NCBI GenBank assembly: GCA_036149055.1
Contig: JAYZQJ010000142.1
Location: 1-59,208, forward strand
Reading direction: 5' to 3'
Source: Myxococcota bacterium
GTDB lineage: Bacteria; Myxococcota_A; Polyangia; Polyangiales; Sandaracinaceae
Length of the DNA: 59,208 nt
In this document: positions 30,701 through 36,947 of the stretch, piece after piece
How the letters are laid out: each line of letters opens with the position of its first letter
Numbering within the stretch: position 1 is the stretch's first letter
The notes under the pieces: generated by a model
Databases searched by the model: none
Told to the model about the DNA's origin: nothing
What the model saw: the letters and a program-made list of their open reading frames with translations, nothing else
Translations under genes and position numbers: made by a program

Positions 30701-31844
30701 GCTCCGCCGGCTCCTGGGCGTGGTTGAGGCGCACCTCGTAGACGCTCACGAGCTTCCGCGCGTCGCCCGCCTCTTCGTAGATCGGCGAGAGCGCGAGGGC
30801 CGCGTCGAGGTTGTTCTCGTCCTTCGCGAGGATCTTCTCGTAGGCGCGCGCCGCGCGCTCCGGCTTGTCCTTGCGCTCGATCCAGAGCCGGGCGGCCCGG
30901 AAGAGGAGCTCCGTCCGCTCCTCGTCGCTGGTGTCCTTGCCCTCCGCCTCGCGCTCGAGCGTGCGGATCAGCTCGTCCCACTTCTCGGTGGCCGCGTAGA
31001 AGTCCTCGAGCTCGTCCCACGCCTTCAGGGAGACGTAGCGCCGCTTGAGCTGCTCCTGCGCGCGACGATCGTCGGGATCGAGGACGAGCAGGCGCTGGAA
31101 CGCGCGCACCGCGCCCTCGTCGTCGCCGATCTTGTCGGCGTAGATCATGCCGAGCTTCTGGAGCGCCTGCTTGAGCTCCTTCTCGTCGGAGATCTGCTCG
31201 ACCCGCTTGTCGAGCACGCGCGCGAGCGGCTCCCAGTCGCGGGCCCGCTCGTAGAGCTGCGAGAGCGCCTCGAGCGCCTCGTGGTTCTCGGGATCCTCCT
31301 CGAGGACCGCCTGCCAGAGCTCGATGCAGATGTCGGGCTTGCGGAGGCGCTGGGTCGCGAGCTGCGCGATCTCGACGTACTCGAAGAGGCGGTCGGCCTC
31401 GTCCATGAGCTTCGCCGCGCGCTGACGGATGCGCACGAGCGACTCCCAGTCGCGGCGCTTCTCGTACATCTCCTTGAGCTGCTCGATGGCCTCGAGGTTC
31501 AGGGCGTCGTGCTCGAGCACGGCCTCGAAGCACTTGATCGCCTCGGCCTGGTTGGACGACTTGTCGAGGTACATGCGCCCGGCCTCGGCGAAGAGCTCGA
31601 TCTTCTGCGCCGGGTCGGGGTGCAGCTCGGCCTTGGCCACGACCGCCTTGATGACGTCGGACCAACGCTTCTGCTCGGTGTACTTCTCGATGGTCTCGTC
31701 GAGCTCGGCGAGCTGCGCGAGCTCCTCCTCGTTCGGCTCGCGACCGGCGGGCGGCGCCGCCTCGGCGGCCTCCTCCGGGGTCTCGTCCATCTCGATCTCG
31801 GGGCTCTCGTTCTCCTGATCCGACACGGAGGCCTCCCTGGTCAC
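21717..31844 (-). CDS. gltI: Giant cytoplasmic TPR protein, GltI/AgmK-like (3375 aa)
   Basis: Dozens of repeats of the type A..AYE.VLE.DP.N..AL.ALERLY....W..L; C-terminal ELVLFSVSEEYFRLREQLG is typical of AgmK-like proteins; lies downstream of gltD-G as in Myxococcus. Confidence 0.78.
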   Translation of the reverse strand: MTREASVSDQENESPEIEMDETPEEAAEAAPPAGREPNEEELAQLAELDETIEKYTEQKRWSDVIKAVVAKAELHPDPAQKIELFAEAGRMYLDKSSNQAEAIKCFEAVLEHDALNLEAIEQLKEMYEKRRDWESLVRIRQRAAKLMDEADRLFEYVEIAQLATQRLRKPDICIELWQAVLEEDPENHEALEALSQLYERARDWEPLARVLDKRVEQISDEKELKQALQKLGMIYADKIGDDEGAVRAFQRLLVLDPDDRRAQEQLKRRYVSLKAWDELEDFYAATEKWDELIRTLEREAEGKDTSDEERTELLFRAARLWIERKDKPERAARAYEKILAKDENNLDAALALSPIYEEAGDARKLVSVYEVRLNHAQEPAERVHLLRESGLLYEEKLRKPKEAFDAYLQAFKADPTQEIIREDVARMAEATNGWDEGIAAYREAIEGATDEDVAIDLRLQLGRLLAQVEKIDEAIEQYRAVYEARGDNLEAIEALETLYRQTEKYRELLDIYERRMELEGDPEIRRQLAYGRASLWESELSDANNAIDAYQRILDEWGDDESDAYAALDRLYEAEERWADLASTLERRIDLGPESTEELAALKFRLANVAAEHLNEAERSLELYREVLMLVPEHDGAREKLESFLDQEGLGVHAATILEPIYEMQGQWQPLIRALEVLAAGTPDPQRQLELLEKVGTVQSTQLDDQGAAFDAFGRALGVMPESEQTLERLELLAGEQNRYPDLVQLLEKLAAESTEPMLSRALYLRAAQLHDTQIGDVDAAVRAYSQILESDPGDAEVLDALDALYRRTERWRDLLGVMRRKAELADDPALQEELLSQNAMIYEEMLEEPESAIRVYSDILELDPTSQRALVALDRLYEKLERWSDLADNIGRQLTIADDPEAQTSLMLRLAALRETQMGAVDAAIEIYREVLERDPHNEVALGALERLIQSEEHQRLIAGILEPIYRDSSQYEKLIQVHEIQAAHADSADMKVELLHQIAELYEVALEDYGNAFHSFARALGEDPADLNTQEQLERIARATGAFEELAQVYEQRVQGLEDVPLATQLHVKAAVIREEQIGDANAAIAHYQQVLALDADHIEAATALERLFHMTERYPELAAILLDKAKILDIPDDQKDHLFRAAAIHEEILEKPEDAIEVYEKVLGVDPEEVRALDKLIELHLRLEKWQPLLGYYERKADIVFDPDEKKSLYLEVGAVYEREIGDVDKAIDTYQRILEIDPDDLTAIQRLDALYQASGNWEELRAILERSADLAGDPTEVISYRYRIADLWDHKLGDPTRAVDGYREILALVPDHQPTLDALERMIQEGKEPNQAALVLEPIYRQYGEFARLVAVLEVQIRHEEDPIRRVELLHQVAELHEMQLDQTQEAFQAYARALPFDNANEHTMGSLERLADQLGRWSEVTRLYDAEIEKLRESEPDLLVDMALRVAQIYFIQVEDVDNAIARYRVVLEADAHHVQAIEALDQLYEQTERWAELAEILQKEVQLAPSPEDVLAFQFRLGQVYQHYLNRVDDAIEQYREILAAAPEHSQALAALEMLFAEGVQPLKIGEILEPLYRMSESWDRLIGVQQVQLRYQDDADERISMMHRLAEIAEDRASDHQLALEWMQRALLENPTHDHTASEVERLAAMLDRWDQLANTYADVLATHEAPEVVVDVGKRQARIYELELGDVQRAVESYLFVLKANDRERESLENLDRIYTEHGAHEALAETLKKRVAAAEDELEKVELSYRLGWVLENDLGRVDEAVGVYQGLLANLDPEHENAIKALQNIYTEKQDWQSLYASFQKELDVVLGDTARSDVTAKMARIASDALQDYDKAIELWKEVLDLRGEDPEALNALGNLYAGLERWAELVEILDREVTVAEDDETRIRIFADMARIFYTKLGKERSAIDSWERVFDIDPTNAEALFGLAEIYERAGQHHERVDTLNRLIDVGAATLDDATLETVYMQLGNLYEHTLQQPIDAIESYRRALEINPRNFPAMDALERIHRQEGEWIDAIQVMETRAAGLDEPSQKVQVLLAIAEAWAVHVQDADQGTSAYERVLEQDPNHQLAFDNLEQLHTAAGRWEPLVEMYLNRVESTEDTAEAVELLRRVARVYEEHIDDKDEAFNALQVAWEMDFTDRATSNELERLAGLTQQWNELLNLANTALSQVPDEDAETKIAICLSCAKWYGTELGHPEYAIPYYQQILALDPANAAAMRQMADLYRSTQQWQTLGQVLERLVDVTEEPKDKATVLVEMGALCEDQLGTPDQAGRYYQQALDVAPDHVGALEALERTYRREGRWNELLEILQRKADALEDPEKILETRLLIAENYEDRINDPEQAIDVYQKVLEVDATNLNALKGLERLYAQREQWRELLQVLERQYEVVTTERDRISILTRLASMWEEEFVKPEKAAERLEQVLDIDPNNETALRGLERLYRSMQRWDDLIATYERHVSATPDRTEKVECYAAVGQVYAVELDDQDRAIDSYLNLLAIDEDNAGALDALTRLYEKREDYSQALEMMQQLSRQVSDPQKMVDLRFRMGRILDEQLADRDAAVDSYRAALDVEPGHLPSLAAMRKIYIDSGDWLAAARTLEQETQYQQNPRQTSELLVELGRLYDERLDEHDRAIQCYEAAYKQNDDNEEAALPLAEEYVQAGRHDEAYPLLDMLVKRSGKREEHEQHRLSLMLGETALKLEKSDAAIKALTKAYQLDQQHLPTLLKLADAYYQAKDWEKAFKYYQMLLVHHRDSLGRDEITDVFYKLGIVKREQGDRRKALNMFDKALEEDPHHRPTLEAMVSVYEKANDFEQVIHYKKQVLDIADIEERFGLLDEIGDLWHEKVKNAQKAIEAYVEAAALEPDNHRLLHKLLMLYQQTRQWDEAIEIIQRVSDLDDRKQAKAKYAYTVAVILRDEIKDSDRAVEKFNEALDLDEKQLKAFEAINKILNQKKDWKQLERAFRKMLHRISGKDDRDQDLEYNLWHNLGVIYRDRLKQYENAAEAFKVASTIREQDTEHVILAELYTLLGKLDDAIGEHQWLLRRDPYRVDSYQKLYKLYFDARAYDKAWCLARTLTFLNKADAEQQQFFADNRPSGPIRPTNRLNDERWLKDLASSEQDLLVSKIFEQIWPAVLSLRIQSDKDAGLNKKHEVDPATSTVTFARTFGFVANVLGMPAPRLFLRTDVQGGLTHMPVWPLASLSGATLLSGFQPSDLMFVAGRHLSDYRPEHYIRTMLKSNTELKTVLMAGLRLSGVVPQVEPAAEQAAQQIATKMQPAQRDALRSLAKRFVDAGARTDIKKWLQAVELTSCRAGLLVCNDLETAARMVTQLGAAGPVDLPPKEKVKELVLFSVSEEYFRLREQLGIRIPLA

Positions 31845-31992
31845 GCCGTCCTGGCGCGCCCGAATAGTCTCATAGAAGCGCCCACGGACGCAGCCCTTCG
31901 GCGCTCCCCTCGGGCGAGGGGTGCGGGGGCGCGCTGGACGCGAAGCTCAGCGCTGGCGCGATGGCGGCCAGCGTCGGGGGACGTGACTCGCG

Positions 31993-32862
31993 TCACGGCC
32001 CCCCGAGGTCGACGAGGCGATCGCGAGCCGCCTTGAGGTAGTGGGCGGGGGCGTCGCCGCCCGCGCTGTCCACGTAGCGCTGCAGGTAGCGGCGGGCCTC
32101 CTCGCGGTTGTCCTGGAGCGAGTAGGTCCAGCCGAGCGCGAAGAGCGCCTCGCGCAGGCTCGGCATCAGGCCGAGCGCGGCGCGGAACTCCTGCACCGCG
32201 GCGTCGTAGTTCTGCTGCTGCTGGTAGACGGTGCCGAGCAGGTGGTGCAGGTGCGCCTCGTCCTCGGTGCCGGAGACGACGACCTGGAGCCCCGACTGGA
32301 GCACCTGGATCGACTCGTCGAGGTAGCCGAGGTCGGCGTAGAGCCGGCCGAGCGCGCGGTAGGCCTCGATGAAGCGCGGACCGGAGGTGACGGCCGCCGT
32401 GTACTCACGCAACGCGTCCTGCGGGTTGTCCATCCGCTCGTGGACCTGACCGAGCTTGTAGTGCGCCTTGAAGAGCTGCTCGTCGAGCTCGATCGCGCGG
32501 CCGAACGCGGCCTGCGCGCCGTCCCAGTCCTCGAGCTCCATCAGCACGGTGCCGAGCTTCTCGTGGTAGCCGGCGACGTCGGGGTTCACGTCGATCGCGC
32601 GCTGCAGATCGTCCTTGGCGCGCTCGAACTTGTTCATCTCCATGTGGACGATGGCCAGGTTCCAGAACGCCTGATCGTTGGTCGGATCGATCTGGCTGGC
32701 TCGCTCGAGCTTCTCGGCGGCCTCCACGTACTGCTTCTGCGCGGCGAGCACGACGCCTTCGTTCATCGCCGTGATCGACTCGACTCGCGTCCGCGAGCAA
32801 TTGCCGCCGATCAAGAAGACGAACGTAAAGAGGCCGACGGAGAGGGCCCTGACACGCTTCAT
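31993..32862 (-). CDS. TPR-repeat lipoprotein (289 aa)
   Basis: MKRVRALSVGLFTFVFLIGGNC (lipoprotein-like signal) followed by ~7 canonical TPRs. Confidence 0.85.
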   Translation of the reverse strand: MKRVRALSVGLFTFVFLIGGNCSRTRVESITAMNEGVVLAAQKQYVEAAEKLERASQIDPTNDQAFWNLAIVHMEMNKFERAKDDLQRAIDVNPDVAGYHEKLGTVLMELEDWDGAQAAFGRAIELDEQLFKAHYKLGQVHERMDNPQDALREYTAAVTSGPRFIEAYRALGRLYADLGYLDESIQVLQSGLQVVVSGTEDEAHLHHLLGTVYQQQQNYDAAVQEFRAALGLMPSLREALFALGWTYSLQDNREEARRYLQRYVDSAGGDAPAHYLKAARDRLVDLGGP

Positions 32863-32993
32863 CGACTGTCTCCTCACGAGGTACGTTGCGCGCGCCCTCC
32901 GGGGCGCGGCGCCGGGCGATACTAAGGGAGCCGAGCCCCGCGGCTCAAGCGTAATTACGCGCAGTTCGCTCTGTCGGGGGAAGGCCCCACAAC

Positions 32994-33023
32994 GAAGAAA
33001 GGCGAGCCCCGGGGGGCTCGCCT
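32994..33023 (-). terminator. Intrinsic terminator downstream of gltG
   Basis: Stem AGGCGAGCCC/GGGCTCGCCT (33000-33023) followed on the - strand by TTCTTC. Confidence 0.75.
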
Positions 33024-33059
33024 CTCTCGGTGGTCTCGGGCCGCGCTCGGCCCGGACCC

Positions 33060-35036
33060 TCAGCCCTGCGAGCTGAGCACGAACGGGTAGTTCACGCCGA
33101 CCACGCCGCCGCCGTCGGGCGCCGGGAAGGTCCAGCGACGCACCGCGCCGGCGATGCAGCTCTCCACCCGCTGGTTGTTGATGGTCGAGTTGCCGACCGT
33201 GGCCGACTGCACCGCGCCGGTGGGCGAGATGATGAAGCTGACCATCACGCGACCCTCGAGATCGGGGCGCTGGTTGAGCTCCTGCTCGTAGCAGAACCGG
33301 ACCTCGTTGATGTGGCGCCGGATGACGCGGCGGATGACCTCGCGGCTCAGCGAGCCGCGGACGTCCGCGTTGCCGGTGCGGATGCGGGGCACGCGCGCCG
33401 AGCGACCGCGGAGACCGCCCGCGCCGCGACCGTAGCCGCTGCCGGTGCCGCCGCCGCCGCCGTGACCGATCGTCCCGAGGTTGCCGAGGCCGATCGTGCC
33501 CTCGCCGGTGCCGCCGCCGCCGCGGCCGGTGCCGCGCAGGCCGAGGCCGCCGAAGCCGAAGTTGCTGCCGATCTGGTCACCCATCAGGGCGCCGATCGCG
33601 CTCATCGGGTCGTTGCCGATCGCCTGGTCCGCGCCGTACGGCGAGGTCGGCGAGTTCCACGAGCCGGTCATCGCCTGGAGCACGCCGATCGCGCCGACGG
33701 TGGCCGCCTGCTCACGGGCCTGCTCGCGCGCCATCTGCGGGTCGGTGTTGTCCTGCGGACCCTCGATCGCGTAGCGGTTGTTGGTCTTCTCCGAGGACTC
33801 CTCGCCCATCGCGCCCTCTTCGTCGCGATGGCGCTTGCCGGTGCCGCCCTCGTTGTCGTCCATCTGGTCTTCCTGGAGCCACTCGGGAGTCTCCTCCTCC
33901 TGGGTCTCCGGGGGCTCCATCAGGTACTCGACGAGGCGGGAGTCCGCGCTGAGCAGATCGAGCGAGAGCGAGGCCGGACGCGGCGGCAGGAAGTAGAACA
34001 TCAGGAGCATCGCGCCGTGGACCGCGACCGAGACCGCCGTCCAGATGTAGCGCTTCCACTCGATGTCCATGCCCGCCCCGACCTTGCGGCCGGCCGACGT
34101 GCTCTTGGTCATGAAGGTGAAGCCCTTGTAGCGGACCTTCGCGACCGCGCCCGCCGGGAGCGGGTACATCATCGCGCCCTGCATCTCGCTCGCGGGCTGC
34201 AGCTTGCCGCCGGCCTTCAGCTCGGCCCAGCTCATGGTCTGGTCGCCGACCGTGACCTCGCCCTCGGCGCCCTCGGGCACGACGACCGCCGCGCCGCTGC
34301 CCGCCTGGACGACGACCGGCATGCGCTGCGTGCCGAGCACGGAGCTCTCGAGGAGGTAGTCGGTGTCGGCGCCCTCCCCCACGTAGAACGGACGCGGAGG
34401 CGAGAGGTGCTCGACGTGGAGCACGCTCATGTCGCCCCACATGATCACGACCTCGGCCGCGGTCTCGCTGCTCTCGACCTCGGCCGGGTTCACCGGCGGG
34501 CCGCTCGCCGCGATGCCGTAGCGCACGTCGCCGCCGCCGCCCGCGGTCTGCTGCTGGGGCGCCGGAGCCGCCGCCGCCGGAGCCGCGAACGGGTTCGGGA
34601 GCGCGCCGCCGCCCGCGCCCGCGTTGGTCGCGAACGGGTTGGCCGCGGTGGGCGAAGGCGCCGAGGCGACCGGCACCGCCGAAGCGGCCGGCGCGGGGGC
34701 CTCGGCGGTCGGGACCGCCTCCTGGGCCGACGCGCTGCCGATCTCGACCACCACGCGGGTGTCGCCGAGCACGACCTCGTCACCGCTCTGCAGCTGGGTC
34801 TTGTTGACCTTCTTGCCGTTCACGATGGTGCCGGCCGCGGACCCGAGATCGATGATGAAGATCTCGTCGGGCCCGGTGACCTCGATCACCGCGTGCATGC
34901 GGGAGACGTTGTCGTCCTCGATCCGCAGGTGGCTCGACGGAAGCTTGCCGACCTTGATGATGTCCTGGGTCAGCGTCTCGGTGCGCTCGAGCTCGTCGCC
35001 CTTGTAGATGCTGAATGTGAGGGGGACCTTAGACAC
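33060..35036 (-). CDS. gltG: Gliding motility protein GltG (PglI): FHA domain, TM helix, Gly-rich linker, TonB-C-like domain
   Basis: N-terminal FHA (IKVGKLPSSHL..VSRMHAVI..DLGSAAGTIVNG); TM SVAVHGAMLLMF; C-terminal GSLSREVIRRVI..RFCYEQEL..PDLEGRV..WTFPAP..YPFVL. Confidence 0.88.
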   Translation of the reverse strand: MSKVPLTFSIYKGDELERTETLTQDIIKVGKLPSSHLRIEDDNVSRMHAVIEVTGPDEIFIIDLGSAAGTIVNGKKVNKTQLQSGDEVVLGDTRVVVEIGSASAQEAVPTAEAPAPAASAVPVASAPSPTAANPFATNAGAGGGALPNPFAAPAAAAPAPQQQTAGGGGDVRYGIAASGPPVNPAEVESSETAAEVVIMWGDMSVLHVEHLSPPRPFYVGEGADTDYLLESSVLGTQRMPVVVQAGSGAAVVVPEGAEGEVTVGDQTMSWAELKAGGKLQPASEMQGAMMYPLPAGAVAKVRYKGFTFMTKSTSAGRKVGAGMDIEWKRYIWTAVSVAVHGAMLLMFYFLPPRPASLSLDLLSADSRLVEYLMEPPETQEEETPEWLQEDQMDDNEGGTGKRHRDEEGAMGEESSEKTNNRYAIEGPQDNTDPQMAREQAREQAATVGAIGVLQAMTGSWNSPTSPYGADQAIGNDPMSAIGALMGDQIGSNFGFGGLGLRGTGRGGGGTGEGTIGLGNLGTIGHGGGGGTGSGYGRGAGGLRGRSARVPRIRTGNADVRGSLSREVIRRVIRRHINEVRFCYEQELNQRPDLEGRVMVSFIISPTGAVQSATVGNSTINNQRVESCIAGAVRRWTFPAPDGGGVVGVNYPFVLSSQG

Positions 35037-35109
35037 TGTTCACTCCCGAATCCCAGCGTGCGCTGGCCTGGCTGTGTGACTGGCTCGAGGGCGCTTCTTC
35101 AGCGGGATC

Positions 35110-35355
35110 TCAGAGATTCTCGACCGACTTGAGCATCTCGGGGATGAAATGCTCCCGGACCCGGATCAACGAGGCGCGGCGGCCTCGACGGCGGACGTTG
35201 AGCATCTCTCCATCGGGGCGAACCAGGTCACCGGTGACCAGGTCGTCCTCGAAGTCGTAGGTGGTGTCGGCCCCGTCCTGCGCGAACGAGGTCGCAGGCG
35301 CCGCGAACGCCGCCGTGCCCACTGCCAATCCGAGTGCGATGAGAAACTTCTTCAT
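35110..35355 (-). CDS. gltF: Gliding motility protein GltF (CglF)
   Basis: Signal peptide plus YDFEDDLVTGDLVRPDG..SLIRVREHFIPEMLKSVENL (the GltF/CglF signature); located between gltE and gltG. Confidence 0.9.
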   Translation of the reverse strand: MKKFLIALGLAVGTAAFAAPATSFAQDGADTTYDFEDDLVTGDLVRPDGEMLNVRRRGRRASLIRVREHFIPEMLKSVENL

Positions 35356-35553
35356 GTCGGCTCTCCGAGTCAGGGCTCGCCGCCTTCCGGCGTGACGAAC
35401 CGCGCGAATCCTACTCGCGACCCACCCTTTGGGTCAACGGCGGCCCTGCCTCCGAAGCGTCCTCGCCTCGTCCGACAGCGCCGCCGGTGCTCGGTTCCCA
35501 CAAAGTTCGCCGAGCGCGATTTCTCCCGATCCTACACCCAGGGCGGACGAGGC

Positions 35554-36945
35554 TCAGCCCTCGCCGCCCCCTTCACCGCCGCCCTCCGCGGGCGCCGGCT
35601 GCTGTTGCTGCTGCTGCTGCATCTGCTGCTGCATCTCCTGCAGCTGCCGCATGGTGGTGATCGCCTCGTCGATCTGCTGGATCCGACCGGGACGACAGTC
35701 GCCCACCCACTCGCTCTGTCCCTCGCGGCGGCGTCGCCGTCCGGTGGTGGGTCGGCGCCGGCAGCTGCGGTTCACGGTCTCGACCGTCTCCGCGTAGCGC
35801 TCCTGGCTGCCCGCCCGCTGGGTGAACTGCTGGTAGAAGTTCTTCGCCTGCTCCAGATCGGGGATCTGACCGCCCTTGAAGTCCTGGTAGAGCAGCCCGA
35901 GGTTGAAGTAGGCCTCGGGGCGCGCCGCGTCGAGCTCGATGGCCGCGCGGTAGGTCGCCTCGGCCTCGTCGAGCTGGGTGAGACCGCGCTGAGCGGCGCC
36001 GAGCCCGATGATGGCGTCGTAGTTGTCCGGCTCGAGCTCGCGCGCCCGCCCGAAGGCTCGGGCCGCGTCCTCGTAGCCCCGGAAGCTGATCGTCAGCTGG
36101 CCGAAGTTCATGTAGGCCTCGAAGAGATCCGCATCGAGGTTGAAGGCCCGCTCGAACTTCGCGAGCGCCGCGATGATGTTCCCCTGGCGGACGTTGATGA
36201 GGCCCCAGGTGTTGTAGATCGGCGCGTAGCGCGGGTTGATGAGCTGCGCCTGACGACACACGACCTCGGCGAGGTCGAGCATCTGCTGGTTCTCCGCCGC
36301 CTGACCCAGGTAGAGGAGCGCCATCTGGTTGAAGGCCGGCAGGTAGTCCGACTCGATGGCGAGCGCGCGGCGGAGGTTGTTGAGCGCCTCGCGGACCTCG
36401 GCCTCGTTCTGGCGCTGGATGATCGCCAGGTTCACGTAGGCCGAGGTGCACTGGTTGTCGTTGGCGATCGCCCGCTCGAAGTGCTGCCGCGCCTGCTGGG
36501 TGCGGCCGGCCCGCATGTCCGCGAGACCCACGCCGACCCGGGAGCCGCAGTAGTTCTCGTTGGTCTGCATGGCCTGCTGGTAGTACTGCAGCGCCTGCTC
36601 GTCGTTGCCGCAGCGGCCGCTCACGACGCCCATCATGTAGATGGCCTCCGTGAAGCTGCCGCCCTGCGCGCCGTTGGCCTGCTCGAACTTCGCCTGGACC
36701 TGCTGGCACGACTCGGTCGTCCAGCCGACCTCGGCGTCGGCGGCGTCGTGGCGCTCGAACATGGCGATCGCCTCGCGCCAGTGGTTGTGCGCCTCCTCGG
36801 TGACGGCCGAGCCGCCCGCGGTGCGGATGACGTTGCCGGTCTCGTTGGTGGCCGCGTTGCCCTCGGCGCCGCCGCCGCCGCACCCGACGGCCAGGAGGCA
36901 GCCGAGCACGGAGATCGAACGAAGGTGATTCATCGGGATCCTCAT
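35554..36945 (-). CDS. gltE: Gliding motility TPR lipoprotein GltE (AglT)-like
   Basis: Lipobox LAVGC; multiple TPRs (EAYFNLGLLY); Gln-rich tail; located between gltD and gltF. Confidence 0.8.
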   Translation of the reverse strand: MRIPMNHLRSISVLGCLLAVGCGGGGAEGNAATNETGNVIRTAGGSAVTEEAHNHWREAIAMFERHDAADAEVGWTTESCQQVQAKFEQANGAQGGSFTEAIYMMGVVSGRCGNDEQALQYYQQAMQTNENYCGSRVGVGLADMRAGRTQQARQHFERAIANDNQCTSAYVNLAIIQRQNEAEVREALNNLRRALAIESDYLPAFNQMALLYLGQAAENQQMLDLAEVVCRQAQLINPRYAPIYNTWGLINVRQGNIIAALAKFERAFNLDADLFEAYMNFGQLTISFRGYEDAARAFGRARELEPDNYDAIIGLGAAQRGLTQLDEAEATYRAAIELDAARPEAYFNLGLLYQDFKGGQIPDLEQAKNFYQQFTQRAGSQERYAETVETVNRSCRRRPTTGRRRRREGQSEWVGDCRPGRIQQIDEAITTMRQLQEMQQQMQQQQQQQPAPAEGGGEGGGEG

Positions 36946-36947
36946 GA

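Noticed and set aside
22140..32036. 3298-aa ORF on the + strand antisense to gltI (likewise 11744-15154, 37749-40607, 33030-35132, 40779-42407, 2194-4800)
   Set aside because: Shadow ORFs: with extreme GC3 bias the antisense frame rarely contains stop codons. The translations have no recognisable motifs and mirror clear genes.
31993..32862. Calling the TPR lipoprotein tgl or gltH
   Set aside because: It lacks the Cys-rich C-terminus and LYPTP-type motif I associate with Tgl, and it is all-helical whereas GltH is a beta-barrel.
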